Origin: an uncultured Candidatus Woesearchaeota archaeon
GTDB lineage: Archaea; Nanobdellota; Nanobdellia; Woesearchaeales; UBA525
Reading direction: 5' to 3'
Length of the DNA stretch: 64,000 nt
Assembly (NCBI GenBank): GCA_963724455.1
Contig: CAVRUV010000006.1
Location: forward strand, 63,158 to 127,157
The notes beneath the pieces are model-generated. The model was not told where the DNA came from. It did not search any database and saw nothing but the letters and a program-made list of their open reading frames with translations. Both the position numbers and the translations under genes were made by a program. How positions within the stretch are numbered: the first letter of the stretch is position 1; the number at the start of each line of letters is the position of its first letter. Of the stretch, positions 19,414-29,015 are shown piece after piece.

Positions 19414-20910
19414 GTGGATAATATGAGTGATATTAATCAATATTTTCAAGGATATCTGAAGAGAGAATCGCTATTCAAAGATAAATCCGTTCTACAAAGC
19501 AATTACATACCAGGAGAAATAAAACACAGAGATGAACAAATACAACAATTAGCAAAAATCGTCGCTCCGGGACTTCGTTTAGAACGACCAAGCAACATAT
19601 TTATCTACGGAAAAACAGGAACAGGAAAAACTCTAACAGTAAAACATACACTAAACAGCATGCAAGACGTTGCAAAATCACAAAATATTCCACTAAGAGT
19701 TTGTTATGTTAATTGCAAATTAAAAAGAATAGCAGATACAGAATATCGCTTAATAGCAGAACTTGCTAAACATTTCGGCAAACCATTACCTCCAACAGGA
19801 CTACCAACTGATGAAATCTACAACGCTTTTTACAAAGCAATAGATAAGGAAAAACAGATCATAATACTCATTCTTGACGAAATAGACCAACTTGTAAAGA
19901 AAATAGGTGACGAAATACTTTACAATCTTACAAGAATCAATACAGATCTTAAAAATGCACAAGTGAGTATTATAGGAATTAGCAATGATTTGATTTTTAG
20001 CAACACATTAGATCCTCGTGTAAAAAGCAGTCTTTCAGAAGAAGAGCTGGTTTTTCCACCATACAACGCATCACAATTACAGCACATCCTTTCAGAAAGA
20101 GCAACAGCGGCATTCGTTGATAATATTGTGGGAGAAGGAGTTATACAAAAATGCGCAGCATATGCTGCCCGAGAACACGGTGACGCCAGACGAGCACTAG
20201 AGCTTTTACGCGTTGCGGGTGAAGTAGCAGAGCGCGAAGAGAGCAAAACCATCGACATGGTACATATTGATGACGCCGAAGATAGAATCGAACGCGATAA
20301 AATCATAGAAGTAATTCAAACACAAACAAAACAATTTCACGCAACCATTCACGCAATACTTAGTCTTGCTAATAAAAGAAAGAACATTTTTACAGGAGAT
20401 GTGTATGAAGTATACAAAGCGGTGTGCGTCGCTGCAGGTCTTCGACCATTAACACAACGCAGAGTATCTGATATAATAGCAGAAATGGATATGCTCGGAA
20501 TAATTAATGCAAAAGTCATAAGTAAAGGACGATTCGGAAGAATGAGAGAAATAACAATAGGCGTCCACGACAGCCTTTTGCCACAAATACGTTCAATTGT
20601 AAAACACGAACTAGGATTAACAACAGAAGAACCCATTAACGAAGTGATTGCACAAGAAAAAATAACAACCTTTACTCCAGACACAACTACAGATAACACA
20701 TCAGATACAGATACGCAAATAGAAGAAAATGATCTTTTAATTCCTCAAATACAAGAAAAGATAGTAAATCTCAAAACTTCAACAAATCTTAAAACACCAA
20801 CTGTAGAAATAGGACTTGGTGATGAAGTAGAAGACGGAACAGATGTTTTAGAACCGGAAATGATAATCTCAGTAGATATTCAAGAAAAAATAAGAGAGAA
20901 AAACAATTAA
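19414..20910 (+). CDS. cdc6: Orc1/Cdc6 replication initiator (AAA+ ATPase plus winged helix) with an ~85-aa acidic C-terminal extension.
   Basis: Walker A IYGKTGTGKT and Walker B ILILDEIDQL. The C-terminal wH region reads ...RVSDIIAEMDMLGIINAKVISKGRFGRMREI. The track start at 19414 is GTG; the first ATG is 19423 (MSDINQYF) with GGGTGGAT 5 nt upstream. The tail after about residue 410 is D/E/T-rich. Confidence 0.9.
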   Translation: MDNMSDINQYFQGYLKRESLFKDKSVLQSNYIPGEIKHRDEQIQQLAKIVAPGLRLERPSNIFIYGKTGTGKTLTVKHTLNSMQDVAKSQNIPLRVCYVNCKLKRIADTEYRLIAELAKHFGKPLPPTGLPTDEIYNAFYKAIDKEKQIIILILDEIDQLVKKIGDEILYNLTRINTDLKNAQVSIIGISNDLIFSNTLDPRVKSSLSEEELVFPPYNASQLQHILSERATAAFVDNIVGEGVIQKCAAYAAREHGDARRALELLRVAGEVAEREESKTIDMVHIDDAEDRIERDKIIEVIQTQTKQFHATIHAILSLANKRKNIFTGDVYEVYKAVCVAAGLRPLTQRRVSDIIAEMDMLGIINAKVISKGRFGRMREITIGVHDSLLPQIRSIVKHELGLTTEEPINEVIAQEKITTFTPDTTTDNTSDTDTQIEENDLLIPQIQEKIVNLKTSTNLKTPTVEIGLGDEVEDGTDVLEPEMIISVDIQEKIREKNN

Positions 20911-21012
20911 TACAGCACACACAATAAATACAACAAACAATACATAATTAATAGTATAATGCAACACAAAATACTTTTTTTATCCCGAAAACACACTCAG
21001 TAGGGAGCAAAC

Positions 21013-22650
21013 ATGATAGCAGACGAACAAGAAACAAACGATTTAATAGACTCCTGTATACGCGCAGGAATAACCGTTCCTACAGACCTATTAGATGATG
21101 CACCAGAATTACGAAAACTTCTTCTCAACACAAAATCACAAATAACACCAACCAGTTCCGTGCAACAACCAATAACATCTCAGGTTGATACAACAATAAA
21201 ACCAGGAACAATACAAATAATAAAAAATTATACAAAACCACCTAAAAAATACAAATATGATGATTTTGTAAAATATTTTAACAAACGATATTTAGCAATA
21301 TCATCCATTCTTAAACAACGAAAAGAGTTATCAAATGTTACCAGCATAGTTCGCATCATCGGAAAGCGAGATCGTGAACAATCAACAATAATAGGCATTG
21401 TAACTGAAAAAAAAGAGATAAAAAGCAAAGCAGCAAACAAAACAGTCATTTTGACTGTAGAAGATCCCACTGGAAAAATTGAAGTGTGGGTAAATCCTGA
21501 AGGAAAAGGCACACACCCCAAAAATCACGAGCTCGAAGAAGCACTGTCTGAAGTGGTATTAGATGAAGTAATAGGAATTACAGGCCAAGCGGCAGGAGAT
21601 AGAATGTTTGCTTCAGCAATATTTTTCCCCGATATTCCAGTTTCTCATGAATTGAAAAAAGGAAGAGAAGAACAATACGTCGTATTTGTCGGCGACGTAC
21701 ACATTGGAGCAAAACTATTTTTAAAAGACGAATTTGAAAAAATGATACTGTGGTTATCAGGACAGATCGGCACAGATGAGCAAAAAGAAATAGCAAAAAA
21801 AGTAAAATATGCAGTTTTTTCAGGAGACCTTGTAGAGGGTGTTGGAATTTATCCAGATCAAGAATTTGATCTTACAATTCCTGACATAAAAAACCAATAT
21901 ACACAATTTGCAAGATATGTAAAAATGATTCCTTCTCATATACAAGTGGTTCTTATAGCAGGAAACCACGACGCAGGAAGATTGCAAGAACCACAAACAG
22001 CAATCTACAAAGATTTTGCTGAAGAACTCTACACAATGCCCAATGTGCATAACTTAAGCAACCCCTGTATGTTTACAATAGGGCAAACCGCAACACACCC
22101 AGGTTTCGATATATTATTGTATCACGGATATAGTCTTATTTATTATGCAAATAACGTTCAACCTATCCGTGACGCGGGCGGATTAAAAGCAACAGATAAG
22201 ATAATGAAACTTTTACTTAAAAAAAGACATCTCGCACCTACACACGGATGCAACACATATGTTCCAGATCCCGATGAAGATCCTCTTGTAATTGATAGAG
22301 TACCTGATTTTTTTGTAACGGGACACGTTCATTATGTAAATTTTGCAAATTACAGAGGAGTAACTTTATTAAATATAAGTTGCTGGTCCGAAGTTAGCGA
22401 ATATCAAGAAAAGAACGGATTAGTTGCATTGCCTGCAAGATTGCCAATAGTAAATCTGCGAACAAGAGATGTGACAATTATGAACTTTTATCACGGTAGT
22501 GAAGAAAAACGTAAAGCAATTCTCGACGCGGCAAAAGATAAAGCCGAACAAACAGCCGCTGAAGAAAAAACTAACAAAGAAAACAACAAAAAAGTCAACG
22601 AAGAAGACAATAAAGAAGAAAACTTGGCAAAAACAAAGGTGACTGTATGA
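21013..22650 (+). CDS. DNA polymerase II (PolD) small subunit DP1: OB-fold plus calcineurin-like phosphoesterase.
   Basis: PDE motifs VFVGDVHIG, GNHD and GHVHY. The K/E-rich C-terminal tail and overall length are typical of archaeal DP1. AGGGAG lies upstream of the ATG. Confidence 0.85.
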   Translation: MIADEQETNDLIDSCIRAGITVPTDLLDDAPELRKLLLNTKSQITPTSSVQQPITSQVDTTIKPGTIQIIKNYTKPPKKYKYDDFVKYFNKRYLAISSILKQRKELSNVTSIVRIIGKRDREQSTIIGIVTEKKEIKSKAANKTVILTVEDPTGKIEVWVNPEGKGTHPKNHELEEALSEVVLDEVIGITGQAAGDRMFASAIFFPDIPVSHELKKGREEQYVVFVGDVHIGAKLFLKDEFEKMILWLSGQIGTDEQKEIAKKVKYAVFSGDLVEGVGIYPDQEFDLTIPDIKNQYTQFARYVKMIPSHIQVVLIAGNHDAGRLQEPQTAIYKDFAEELYTMPNVHNLSNPCMFTIGQTATHPGFDILLYHGYSLIYYANNVQPIRDAGGLKATDKIMKLLLKKRHLAPTHGCNTYVPDPDEDPLVIDRVPDFFVTGHVHYVNFANYRGVTLLNISCWSEVSEYQEKNGLVALPARLPIVNLRTRDVTIMNFYHGSEEKRKAILDAAKDKAEQTAAEEKTNKENNKKVNEEDNKEENLAKTKVTV

Positions 22651-23096
22651 TTGATTATAAGCACACAATGAGTATTACCATACAAGAAGGTCAAGATGTT
22701 GCACAATGTTTTGCCGCAGGAAATCCATTAAGTTTTGTTGTAGAATTTGCAAAACAAGGATTAGTCCTAAATAAAAATAAATCCATCGTACAAGGAACCG
22801 GGAGTCTTTCTAGCGGGAACAATAGATTTTCTTTAACAATAGATGATTATTTTTTAAAAGAAAAAACTGTCAAAAAAAAGATGCAGATTAACAGATACAT
22901 TTTACAAGGAGAAAAAGATGGATTATGTTATGTTTGTATAGCGCAATCAACTCCAACAGGTGCTAGCATAACAATCGATGCCAACAATCAGGCAGCTCTC
23001 GACAAAACACTATTGGCGTTACAAGGAGCATACAATTTTCCTAAAAAATACAACGTAATCATCGAAAAAACAAGTTTTGAAAAAAAGAACACATAA
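22647..23096 (+). CDS. Hypothetical protein (149 aa), translationally coupled to DP1 (ATGA overlap).
   Basis: Clean ORF whose start overlaps the DP1 stop by 4 nt. No recognisable motif. Confidence 0.5.
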   Translation: MIDYKHTMSITIQEGQDVAQCFAAGNPLSFVVEFAKQGLVLNKNKSIVQGTGSLSSGNNRFSLTIDDYFLKEKTVKKKMQINRYILQGEKDGLCYVCIAQSTPTGASITIDANNQAALDKTLLALQGAYNFPKKYNVIIEKTSFEKKNT

Positions 23097-23156
23097 TACA
23101 TTAATAAAAAATAAAAAATCAAAAAAAGAGCAGCAAAAAAGAGTGTGTTGAGAACA

Positions 23157-23633
23157 ATGAGTGATAAAATGGAAACTGAAAAAATAAAGTTTATGACACA
23201 ATTGAACATTCATAATACTTCCCGAGATCAAGAAACATATTTTGGCGCAAGAAGCGTTGAGTGGGAAGCAATAAAATTTTCATTACAACAACAAGGAATA
23301 AATTTTAATGTACAAGATTCACGAAAAAATCTTGTTTATACTTCCAAAGAAATATTGTATCAAGTAACTGTTCCGATGGCGACAACATTTCCTCTTGAAA
23401 ATAATCCTAAAGTATTAGATTACACCTTTGTTGCTAGTAATTTCACCATCAACATCACATCAAAAAATTATTTATTAGATGAAGGTGGACATCAACAAGT
23501 TGTAGAATGCAGAATAGCTTCCCACGATAAAGAGACGTTAGAGGGTTTAGTATTAGGCCTTGTTTACGTTTACAAAAGAGAAGAGCACCACACTTTAGAA
23601 AGAAAAGATTATCCTATAATAAAAAGAGATTAA
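23157..23633 (+). CDS. Hypothetical protein (about 158 aa) between the DP1 and DP2 genes.
   Basis: The track start at 23145 is GTG; the first ATG is 23157 (MSDKMETEK). Co-directional with and flanked by the PolD subunit genes. No recognisable motif. Confidence 0.45.
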   Translation: MSDKMETEKIKFMTQLNIHNTSRDQETYFGARSVEWEAIKFSLQQQGINFNVQDSRKNLVYTSKEILYQVTVPMATTFPLENNPKVLDYTFVASNFTINITSKNYLLDEGGHQQVVECRIASHDKETLEGLVLGLVYVYKREEHHTLERKDYPIIKRD

Positions 23634-23691
23634 AAAATACTAAAAAATGTTAAAAAAACTAAAACTAAAAAACTAAAAAAAAGATGCGCAC

Positions 23692-26600
23692 ATGACTGAA
23701 ATAAACGCAAGTCCACAAATGCAGGAATATTTCGCACAATTCAAAAAAGATTGTTACGATGCGTATAATATTGCTAATAAAGCAAGAGCGTTAGGATACG
23801 ATCCGGAGCAAGAAGTTAGTGTGACATTAGCAGAAACTCTTGCACAAAGAGTTATTGGTCTTATTGCAGTTATTGCCCCCCAGATTAAGAATGCTGGTGT
23901 AGAAAAAAGAATAGAAGATCTTGAAGCACAATATGGTATTCTCGATTGGCGAGTGGCGTTGCAAATCGCACTTGAAGTGGCGCAACAGAAGTTTTGTACA
24001 TTTAAAGATGAGCTTGAAGCGATTGTTATTGGTGTAAGAGTTGGATTTGCCTATAACACTTTAGGTGTTGTTAGCGCACCTCTTGAAGGACTTACTACAA
24101 TAGAACTTAAGAAAAGGCTTGATTATGGAACTGAAGGCCGAGATGGAAAAAAAGGATATTACTTTTGCATAGATTTTGCCGGACCAATTAGAAATGCCGG
24201 CGGAACTGCTGCAGCAATAAGTGTAATTATCGCAGACTATGTTCGCGTAAATATGGGATATGGAACATACGATCCAACAGAAAAAGAGATTAAACGTTGT
24301 CCTGCAGAGTTGGAAGATTATCACGAGTGGGTCACAAACCTACAGTATTTTCCTAGCAAAGAAGAGAGTTTATTTCTTCTTGAACATCTTCCAGTGGAAA
24401 TTGGCGGAGACGGTTCTGAGAAATACCAAATAAGCAACGTAACACTAAAAGATCTTCCTCGTGTCTCTACAAATATTATACGTAACGGTTATTGTCTTAT
24501 TCATTCAAGTTGTATTCCTCTAAAAGCAGCAAAGCTTTGGAAAAATCTCGATAAGTGGGCAAAAGATTTCGGCATGGAGCACTGGAATTTCCTAAAAGAG
24601 TTCCTCGATATTCAAAAGAAAATGAAGGCCGCGGGTAAAAAATCCGAAGGATCAAATAAAATATCTCCCGATTATACTTACATTAAAGATTTGGTTGCTG
24701 GGCGCCCAGTTCTTGGTTATCCTCTTCGATCTGGCGGGTTTAGACTTCGTTATGGACGAAGTAGGGCATCAGGATATTCCGGCCAAGCAATTCATCCTTG
24801 TACAATGCACGTATTGAATAATTATATTGCAAGCGCAACACAGCTTAAAGTAGAGCGTCCGGGAAAAGCCGCAGCATTTACTCCGTGCGATACCATAGAA
24901 GGACCAATTGTGCGCTTGCGTGATGGAGAAGTGATGCAATTGCTCGATGAAGAAGAAGCAAAACGTGTTGCGCCCAAAGTAGAAGAAATAATCTATATCG
25001 GCGATGTACTGATAAATTATGGAGATTTTTATAACAGAAATCACGCATTAGTTCCTGCAGGATATTGTCCTGAATGGTGGATACAAGAAGTTGAAAAATC
25101 AGTTGTGGATTCTGGCAAGGAGTGGAATGCACAGTCGTTAAGCGAAATAACAGGATTGTCTTATGCGCGAGCAGAAGAATTTATTTTAAATTTCTTTAAA
25201 GCAATACCAACAATCGAAGAAGCAATACAAATTGCGCAAACAACAAACACCCCATTACATAGCGCATGGACTCCTTACTGGTCGCAAATAACTATAGAAG
25301 ATATGATAGATTTAATGAATTCTATAACTCTTATCGACGGAATTCTTATTATATCATTAAAGCCTAAGACACAAAAAACACTAGGAATACTTGGAATTCC
25401 TAATAAGCCAATCGATGGTGTTTTAGTGGTTAATGATCAATGGACAAAATCGATAATTGCAACACTTGGGTTAAAAATACTCGATTCTAAAGAGACAATA
25501 GCAATTCTTGAACGATTCCCTAAAGACATGCCGTTATACGAAATAGTAAGTTCTCTTGGAGGAATAACGTTGCGAGATAAGGCCGGAACGTTTATTGGTG
25601 CGCGTATGGGTCGTCCAGAAAAAGCAAAGATGAGAAAGCTTACTGGTAGTCCTCACGGCTTATTTCCAATAGGTGAAGAAGGTGGTAGAATGCGTAGCAT
25701 ACAAGAAGCGCTTGTGGGGGGAAAAGTTACTGCAGATTATCCTCTACGTTATTGTGAGACTTGCAAGACAAATACAGTTTTTGGTAGATGTGAGACTTGC
25801 GACGGTAGAACTGCGCAACACACAGTTACAGTTACAAGAAAACGAGATGGTGTAGAAACACAAGAAGAAATGACTTATTCTAAACAAGAAGCGCAAATTC
25901 GTAAATTGTTTGAAGGGGCGCTTAAGAAATTAAATTTCAAAATATATCCTGACATTATTAAAGGTGTTAGAGGTACAAGTAATCGCAGTCACATTCCCGA
26001 GCACATAACTAAAGCAATTTTACGCGCAAAACACGGCATTGCTGTAAATAAAGATGGAACGGTGCGTTATGATTGCAGCGAAGTAACTCTTACACACTTC
26101 AGACCGTGCGAAGTCGGTGCTAGCGTAGAAAAACTAAAAGCGTTAGGTTATACAAAAGATTGTTATGGAAAAGATTTTGTAGATGAAGATCAAATCTTGG
26201 AACTACGCGCGCAAGATATAGTAATTCCTTGCTGTCCAGAAAGCCCAGAAGATCCGGCAGATGTTGTTTTGCTTCGCGTTACAGCATTTATCGACGAATT
26301 GCTAGTAAAATTATACGGATTAAAGCCTTTCTATAAATGCAAAACACGCGAGGATCTTATCGGGCAATACGTTGTTGGTTTAGCACCACACACTTCAGCA
26401 GGAATAGTGGGTAGGATTGTAGGATTTAGTAAGACACAAGGATTCCTGGCGCACCCATTATATCACGCAGCAATGCGTCGTGACTGTGATGGTGATGAGA
26501 GTTGCATGAGTTTGCTCATGGATGTATTCTTGAATTTTTCAGCAAAGTTCTTGCCTGAATCTCGCGGCAGTACAATGGATGCACCACTTGTTTTGACTTA

Positions 26601-27231
26601 TCTATTGAATCCTGCAGAAGTAGACGATATGGCCTTTCACGTCGATACTGCTTGGAAATATCCACGCGCATTATACGAGCTTGCTTTAGAATACAAAAAA
26701 CCATACGATATCAAAATACCATTGCTTGGAGACGTCTTAGGAATGCCTGCGCAATTTGAAGGAATGGGATTTACACACGACACATCTAGCATCAATTCAG
26801 GAGTTTTATGTTCTGCATACAAGACATTGCCTTCAATGGAAGAAAAATTAGAAGGGCAAATGGCCATTGCAGTAAAATTGCGAGCGTGTGATGCAACTGA
26901 TGTTGCACGTCTTGTAATTGAAAAGCATTTCTTGCGCGACACAAAAGGAAATTTGCGTAAGTTTACACAGCAAGAGTATCGTTGCGTTCATTGCAATGAG
27001 AAATACCGCCGTCCTCCATTGCAAGGCAAATGCTTTGCTTGTTCAGGAAAAGTGATTTTTACCATCAGTGAAGGTAGCGTCATAAAATATTTGCAATTAT
27101 CTATTGATCTTGCAGCAAAATATAATGTTCTAGGATATTTGAAGGAAGATTTGGAGATATTGCAGCGTAAAGTTGATGATTTGTTTGGAAAAGACAAGGA
27201 AAAACAAACAGGCTTAGCTAATTGGGCTTAA
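23692..27231 (+). CDS. DNA polymerase II (PolD) large catalytic subunit DP2; no intein is apparent.
   Basis: 1179 aa. The N-terminus MTEINASPQMQEYFAQFKKDCYDAYNIANKARALGYDPE is typical of DP2. Zn-finger clusters CETCKTNTVFGRCETCDG and CVHCNEKYRRPPLQGKCFACSG. Contiguous homologous length leaves no room for an intein insertion. Confidence 0.9.
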   Translation: MTEINASPQMQEYFAQFKKDCYDAYNIANKARALGYDPEQEVSVTLAETLAQRVIGLIAVIAPQIKNAGVEKRIEDLEAQYGILDWRVALQIALEVAQQKFCTFKDELEAIVIGVRVGFAYNTLGVVSAPLEGLTTIELKKRLDYGTEGRDGKKGYYFCIDFAGPIRNAGGTAAAISVIIADYVRVNMGYGTYDPTEKEIKRCPAELEDYHEWVTNLQYFPSKEESLFLLEHLPVEIGGDGSEKYQISNVTLKDLPRVSTNIIRNGYCLIHSSCIPLKAAKLWKNLDKWAKDFGMEHWNFLKEFLDIQKKMKAAGKKSEGSNKISPDYTYIKDLVAGRPVLGYPLRSGGFRLRYGRSRASGYSGQAIHPCTMHVLNNYIASATQLKVERPGKAAAFTPCDTIEGPIVRLRDGEVMQLLDEEEAKRVAPKVEEIIYIGDVLINYGDFYNRNHALVPAGYCPEWWIQEVEKSVVDSGKEWNAQSLSEITGLSYARAEEFILNFFKAIPTIEEAIQIAQTTNTPLHSAWTPYWSQITIEDMIDLMNSITLIDGILIISLKPKTQKTLGILGIPNKPIDGVLVVNDQWTKSIIATLGLKILDSKETIAILERFPKDMPLYEIVSSLGGITLRDKAGTFIGARMGRPEKAKMRKLTGSPHGLFPIGEEGGRMRSIQEALVGGKVTADYPLRYCETCKTNTVFGRCETCDGRTAQHTVTVTRKRDGVETQEEMTYSKQEAQIRKLFEGALKKLNFKIYPDIIKGVRGTSNRSHIPEHITKAILRAKHGIAVNKDGTVRYDCSEVTLTHFRPCEVGASVEKLKALGYTKDCYGKDFVDEDQILELRAQDIVIPCCPESPEDPADVVLLRVTAFIDELLVKLYGLKPFYKCKTREDLIGQYVVGLAPHTSAGIVGRIVGFSKTQGFLAHPLYHAAMRRDCDGDESCMSLLMDVFLNFSAKFLPESRGSTMDAPLVLTYLLNPAEVDDMAFHVDTAWKYPRALYELALEYKKPYDIKIPLLGDVLGMPAQFEGMGFTHDTSSINSGVLCSAYKTLPSMEEKLEGQMAIAVKLRACDATDVARLVIEKHFLRDTKGNLRKFTQQEYRCVHCNEKYRRPPLQGKCFACSGKVIFTISEGSVIKYLQLSIDLAAKYNVLGYLKEDLEILQRKVDDLFGKDKEKQTGLANWA

Positions 27232-27270
27232 GTTTAGAATTTTAGAAAAAGTCGCCTTGAAGCAATCCTA

Positions 27271-27310
27271 AAAAATTTACCGATTGGTGCAGGTAAATTT
27301 TTATAAAATC
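27271..27310 (+). terminator. Terminator-like hairpin (11-bp AT-rich stem AAAAATTTACC / GGTAAATTTTT with a 10-nt loop) running into a T-tract, 40 nt after the DP2 stop.
   Basis: Perfect inverted repeat 27271-27281 / 27292-27302 followed by ttttataaaa. Confidence 0.35.
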
Positions 27311-27445
27311 TGCCCGGGCAATAAATGCTTCGCGATTTTTTAAAATTTAATTATTTAGAAATTAATTATTTTTTATTATTAACTTAATTTATTATTAAAT
27401 CCTATTACTATTTCCGGGAACTGTCTTTAAAATTATTATTTTTAA

Positions 27446-28048
27446 TTAATTCTTATCTAGATTTCTTGCAACGTCTACTATTTCTTTCCAATCTTTAACT
27501 CTGATGTGTCCCTCACACCCTTTTTCATTCATACAACAGTTTCTATTCCAAGATTTTGCTAACAAAAGCGCAGGAATATTTTCTTTAGCATATCCTTCAA
27601 TATGATGAATACCATCATCAACTGCAAGTCTTGCATTGAAACGTTTTGCTATATGTTCTTTGAATTCAGGTTTCTTATCTTGTAAGTATAGTCCTGTACA
27701 AATTACCTTTGATATCATTCCAGGAAAAAACTTTTCTGCTTGCAGCTCAGTAAGTTCTTGAATTCTTTGATCTCTATATGATATTACAATAAGCTCGTCA
27801 GTCTCACTTAATTTTGAAATGCCTTCTTGTGCGCCTTCAGTTACTGGCAAATTATGAAATTCTTCTGTTTTATAAAATTCTAAAACTCTTTTTAGAAATT
27901 CTTCTCTTGTAATATTAATTTGTGTATAGAAATTGATTGTTTCTAATTCTTCACTATCGAGGTTGGTGTTATATAGTTCATTATGATATTTACAAAATGC
28001 GTGCGTGAAATCTACACAAACATCATCAAAGTCTAAAATTATAACCAT
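27446..28048 (-). CDS. HAD-superfamily 5'(3')-deoxyribonucleotidase-like protein (NT5C family).
   Basis: N-terminal motif VIILDFDDVCVDF matches the NT5C pattern [IV]-L-V-D-M-D-G-V-L-A-D-F. About 200 aa. Confidence 0.55.
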   Translation of the reverse strand: MVIILDFDDVCVDFTHAFCKYHNELYNTNLDSEELETINFYTQINITREEFLKRVLEFYKTEEFHNLPVTEGAQEGISKLSETDELIVISYRDQRIQELTELQAEKFFPGMISKVICTGLYLQDKKPEFKEHIAKRFNARLAVDDGIHHIEGYAKENIPALLLAKSWNRNCCMNEKGCEGHIRVKDWKEIVDVARNLDKN

Positions 28049-28063
28049 GAGAATTCCTAGAAG

Positions 28064-28474
28064 TTAAATTCTGCTTTTGATGCTGTTTTTAGCGCCACAT
28101 GCCTGGCAAACTACAAAATAAACACTAACTTCTTTACTGAGTTTTGTATCAGGTTTTCCACAAGTCTTGCAAAAAACATACTCATTAGCATATTCTTGGA
28201 TCTTTTCATTGATTTTTGGAGCAGGAAGCTTTGTTCCGAAGATAACGGAATTTTTGATAATTTCTCCTGGTGTAGCCAGTTCTTTTTGAACGTATTTTAG
28301 AAGATGCTCTGGTTTTCGTCTAAGAGCGTCAGCAATCTGGAACCAGTTGTTGATGATTGTCTTGCTACCTTCTACGTGGCCTTTTACATTAGGAACAGTA
28401 AATCTACTAGTCTCTTCTGATTCATCAGGCAAAATCTCTTTTGCGCGCTCCAACATATCCTCGTAGGACTTCAT
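28064..28474 (-). CDS. Translation initiation factor aIF2 beta subunit.
   Basis: 136 aa. Conserved core ...KPEHLLKYVQKELATPGEI... and C-terminal C4 zinc ribbon CKTCGKPDT...CQACG. Confidence 0.85.
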   Translation of the reverse strand: MKSYEDMLERAKEILPDESEETSRFTVPNVKGHVEGSKTIINNWFQIADALRRKPEHLLKYVQKELATPGEIIKNSVIFGTKLPAPKINEKIQEYANEYVFCKTCGKPDTKLSKEVSVYFVVCQACGAKNSIKSRI

Positions 28475-28495
28475 AACTCAGAGAATCCGCGGGCG

Positions 28496-28503
28496 TTTAT
28501 AAA
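28496..28503 (-). promoter_or_regulatory. TATA box (TTTATAAA, palindromic), preceded by G/C-rich BRE-like gcgggcg, 22-29 nt upstream of the aIF2-beta ATG. The geometry suggests a leaderless transcript.
   Basis: gcgggcgTTTATAAAgg at 28489-28505. Confidence 0.45.
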
Positions 28504-28614
28504 GGTTAGTGGAGAAGACGAATTGGTAAATATCGTCGATGGTAATTACATATCGTGCAATTAAGTCGTTTAGTTCATCAAAAAATAGATAAAGAATGAG
28601 AGAAAACTATCATT

Positions 28615-28929
28615 ATGGAAAATAATATTGGATCAAAATATGTTTTTGGAGCACCAACCCTTGAAACTAGAGCAACAGTAAATCATACTGCGCGATTTGA
28701 AAGTTCATATGTTTCTTCAAGGCTAAATTCTCTAAATATTCTAGATATCTTGCGAACATGTTCTCCCGAAGAATTAGCAAAATTCAAGCCTCTTACAGAT
28801 GCAGATATACGAGAAGCATTAGACCAAGGAAAGCGAGAGGCAGACGCCATGCGCCCAATGCTTAGAATGAGCAGAATGCCAAGCGGAAGATATGCTCTAC
28901 CTATAGCTTATTCTATTGCGGGAAGATAA
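28615..28929 (+). CDS. Hypothetical protein (104 aa).
   Basis: ORF with an A-rich, TATA-like upstream region. No motif recognised. Confidence 0.35.
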   Translation: MENNIGSKYVFGAPTLETRATVNHTARFESSYVSSRLNSLNILDILRTCSPEELAKFKPLTDADIREALDQGKREADAMRPMLRMSRMPSGRYALPIAYSIAGR

Positions 28930-29015
28930 TTTATTATAAGAAGATAGTTTTTTATCTTTCAACCCATACTTTCTCAAGAGAACACTTATAAATACAGAGA
29001 ATCGGGAAGATACTA

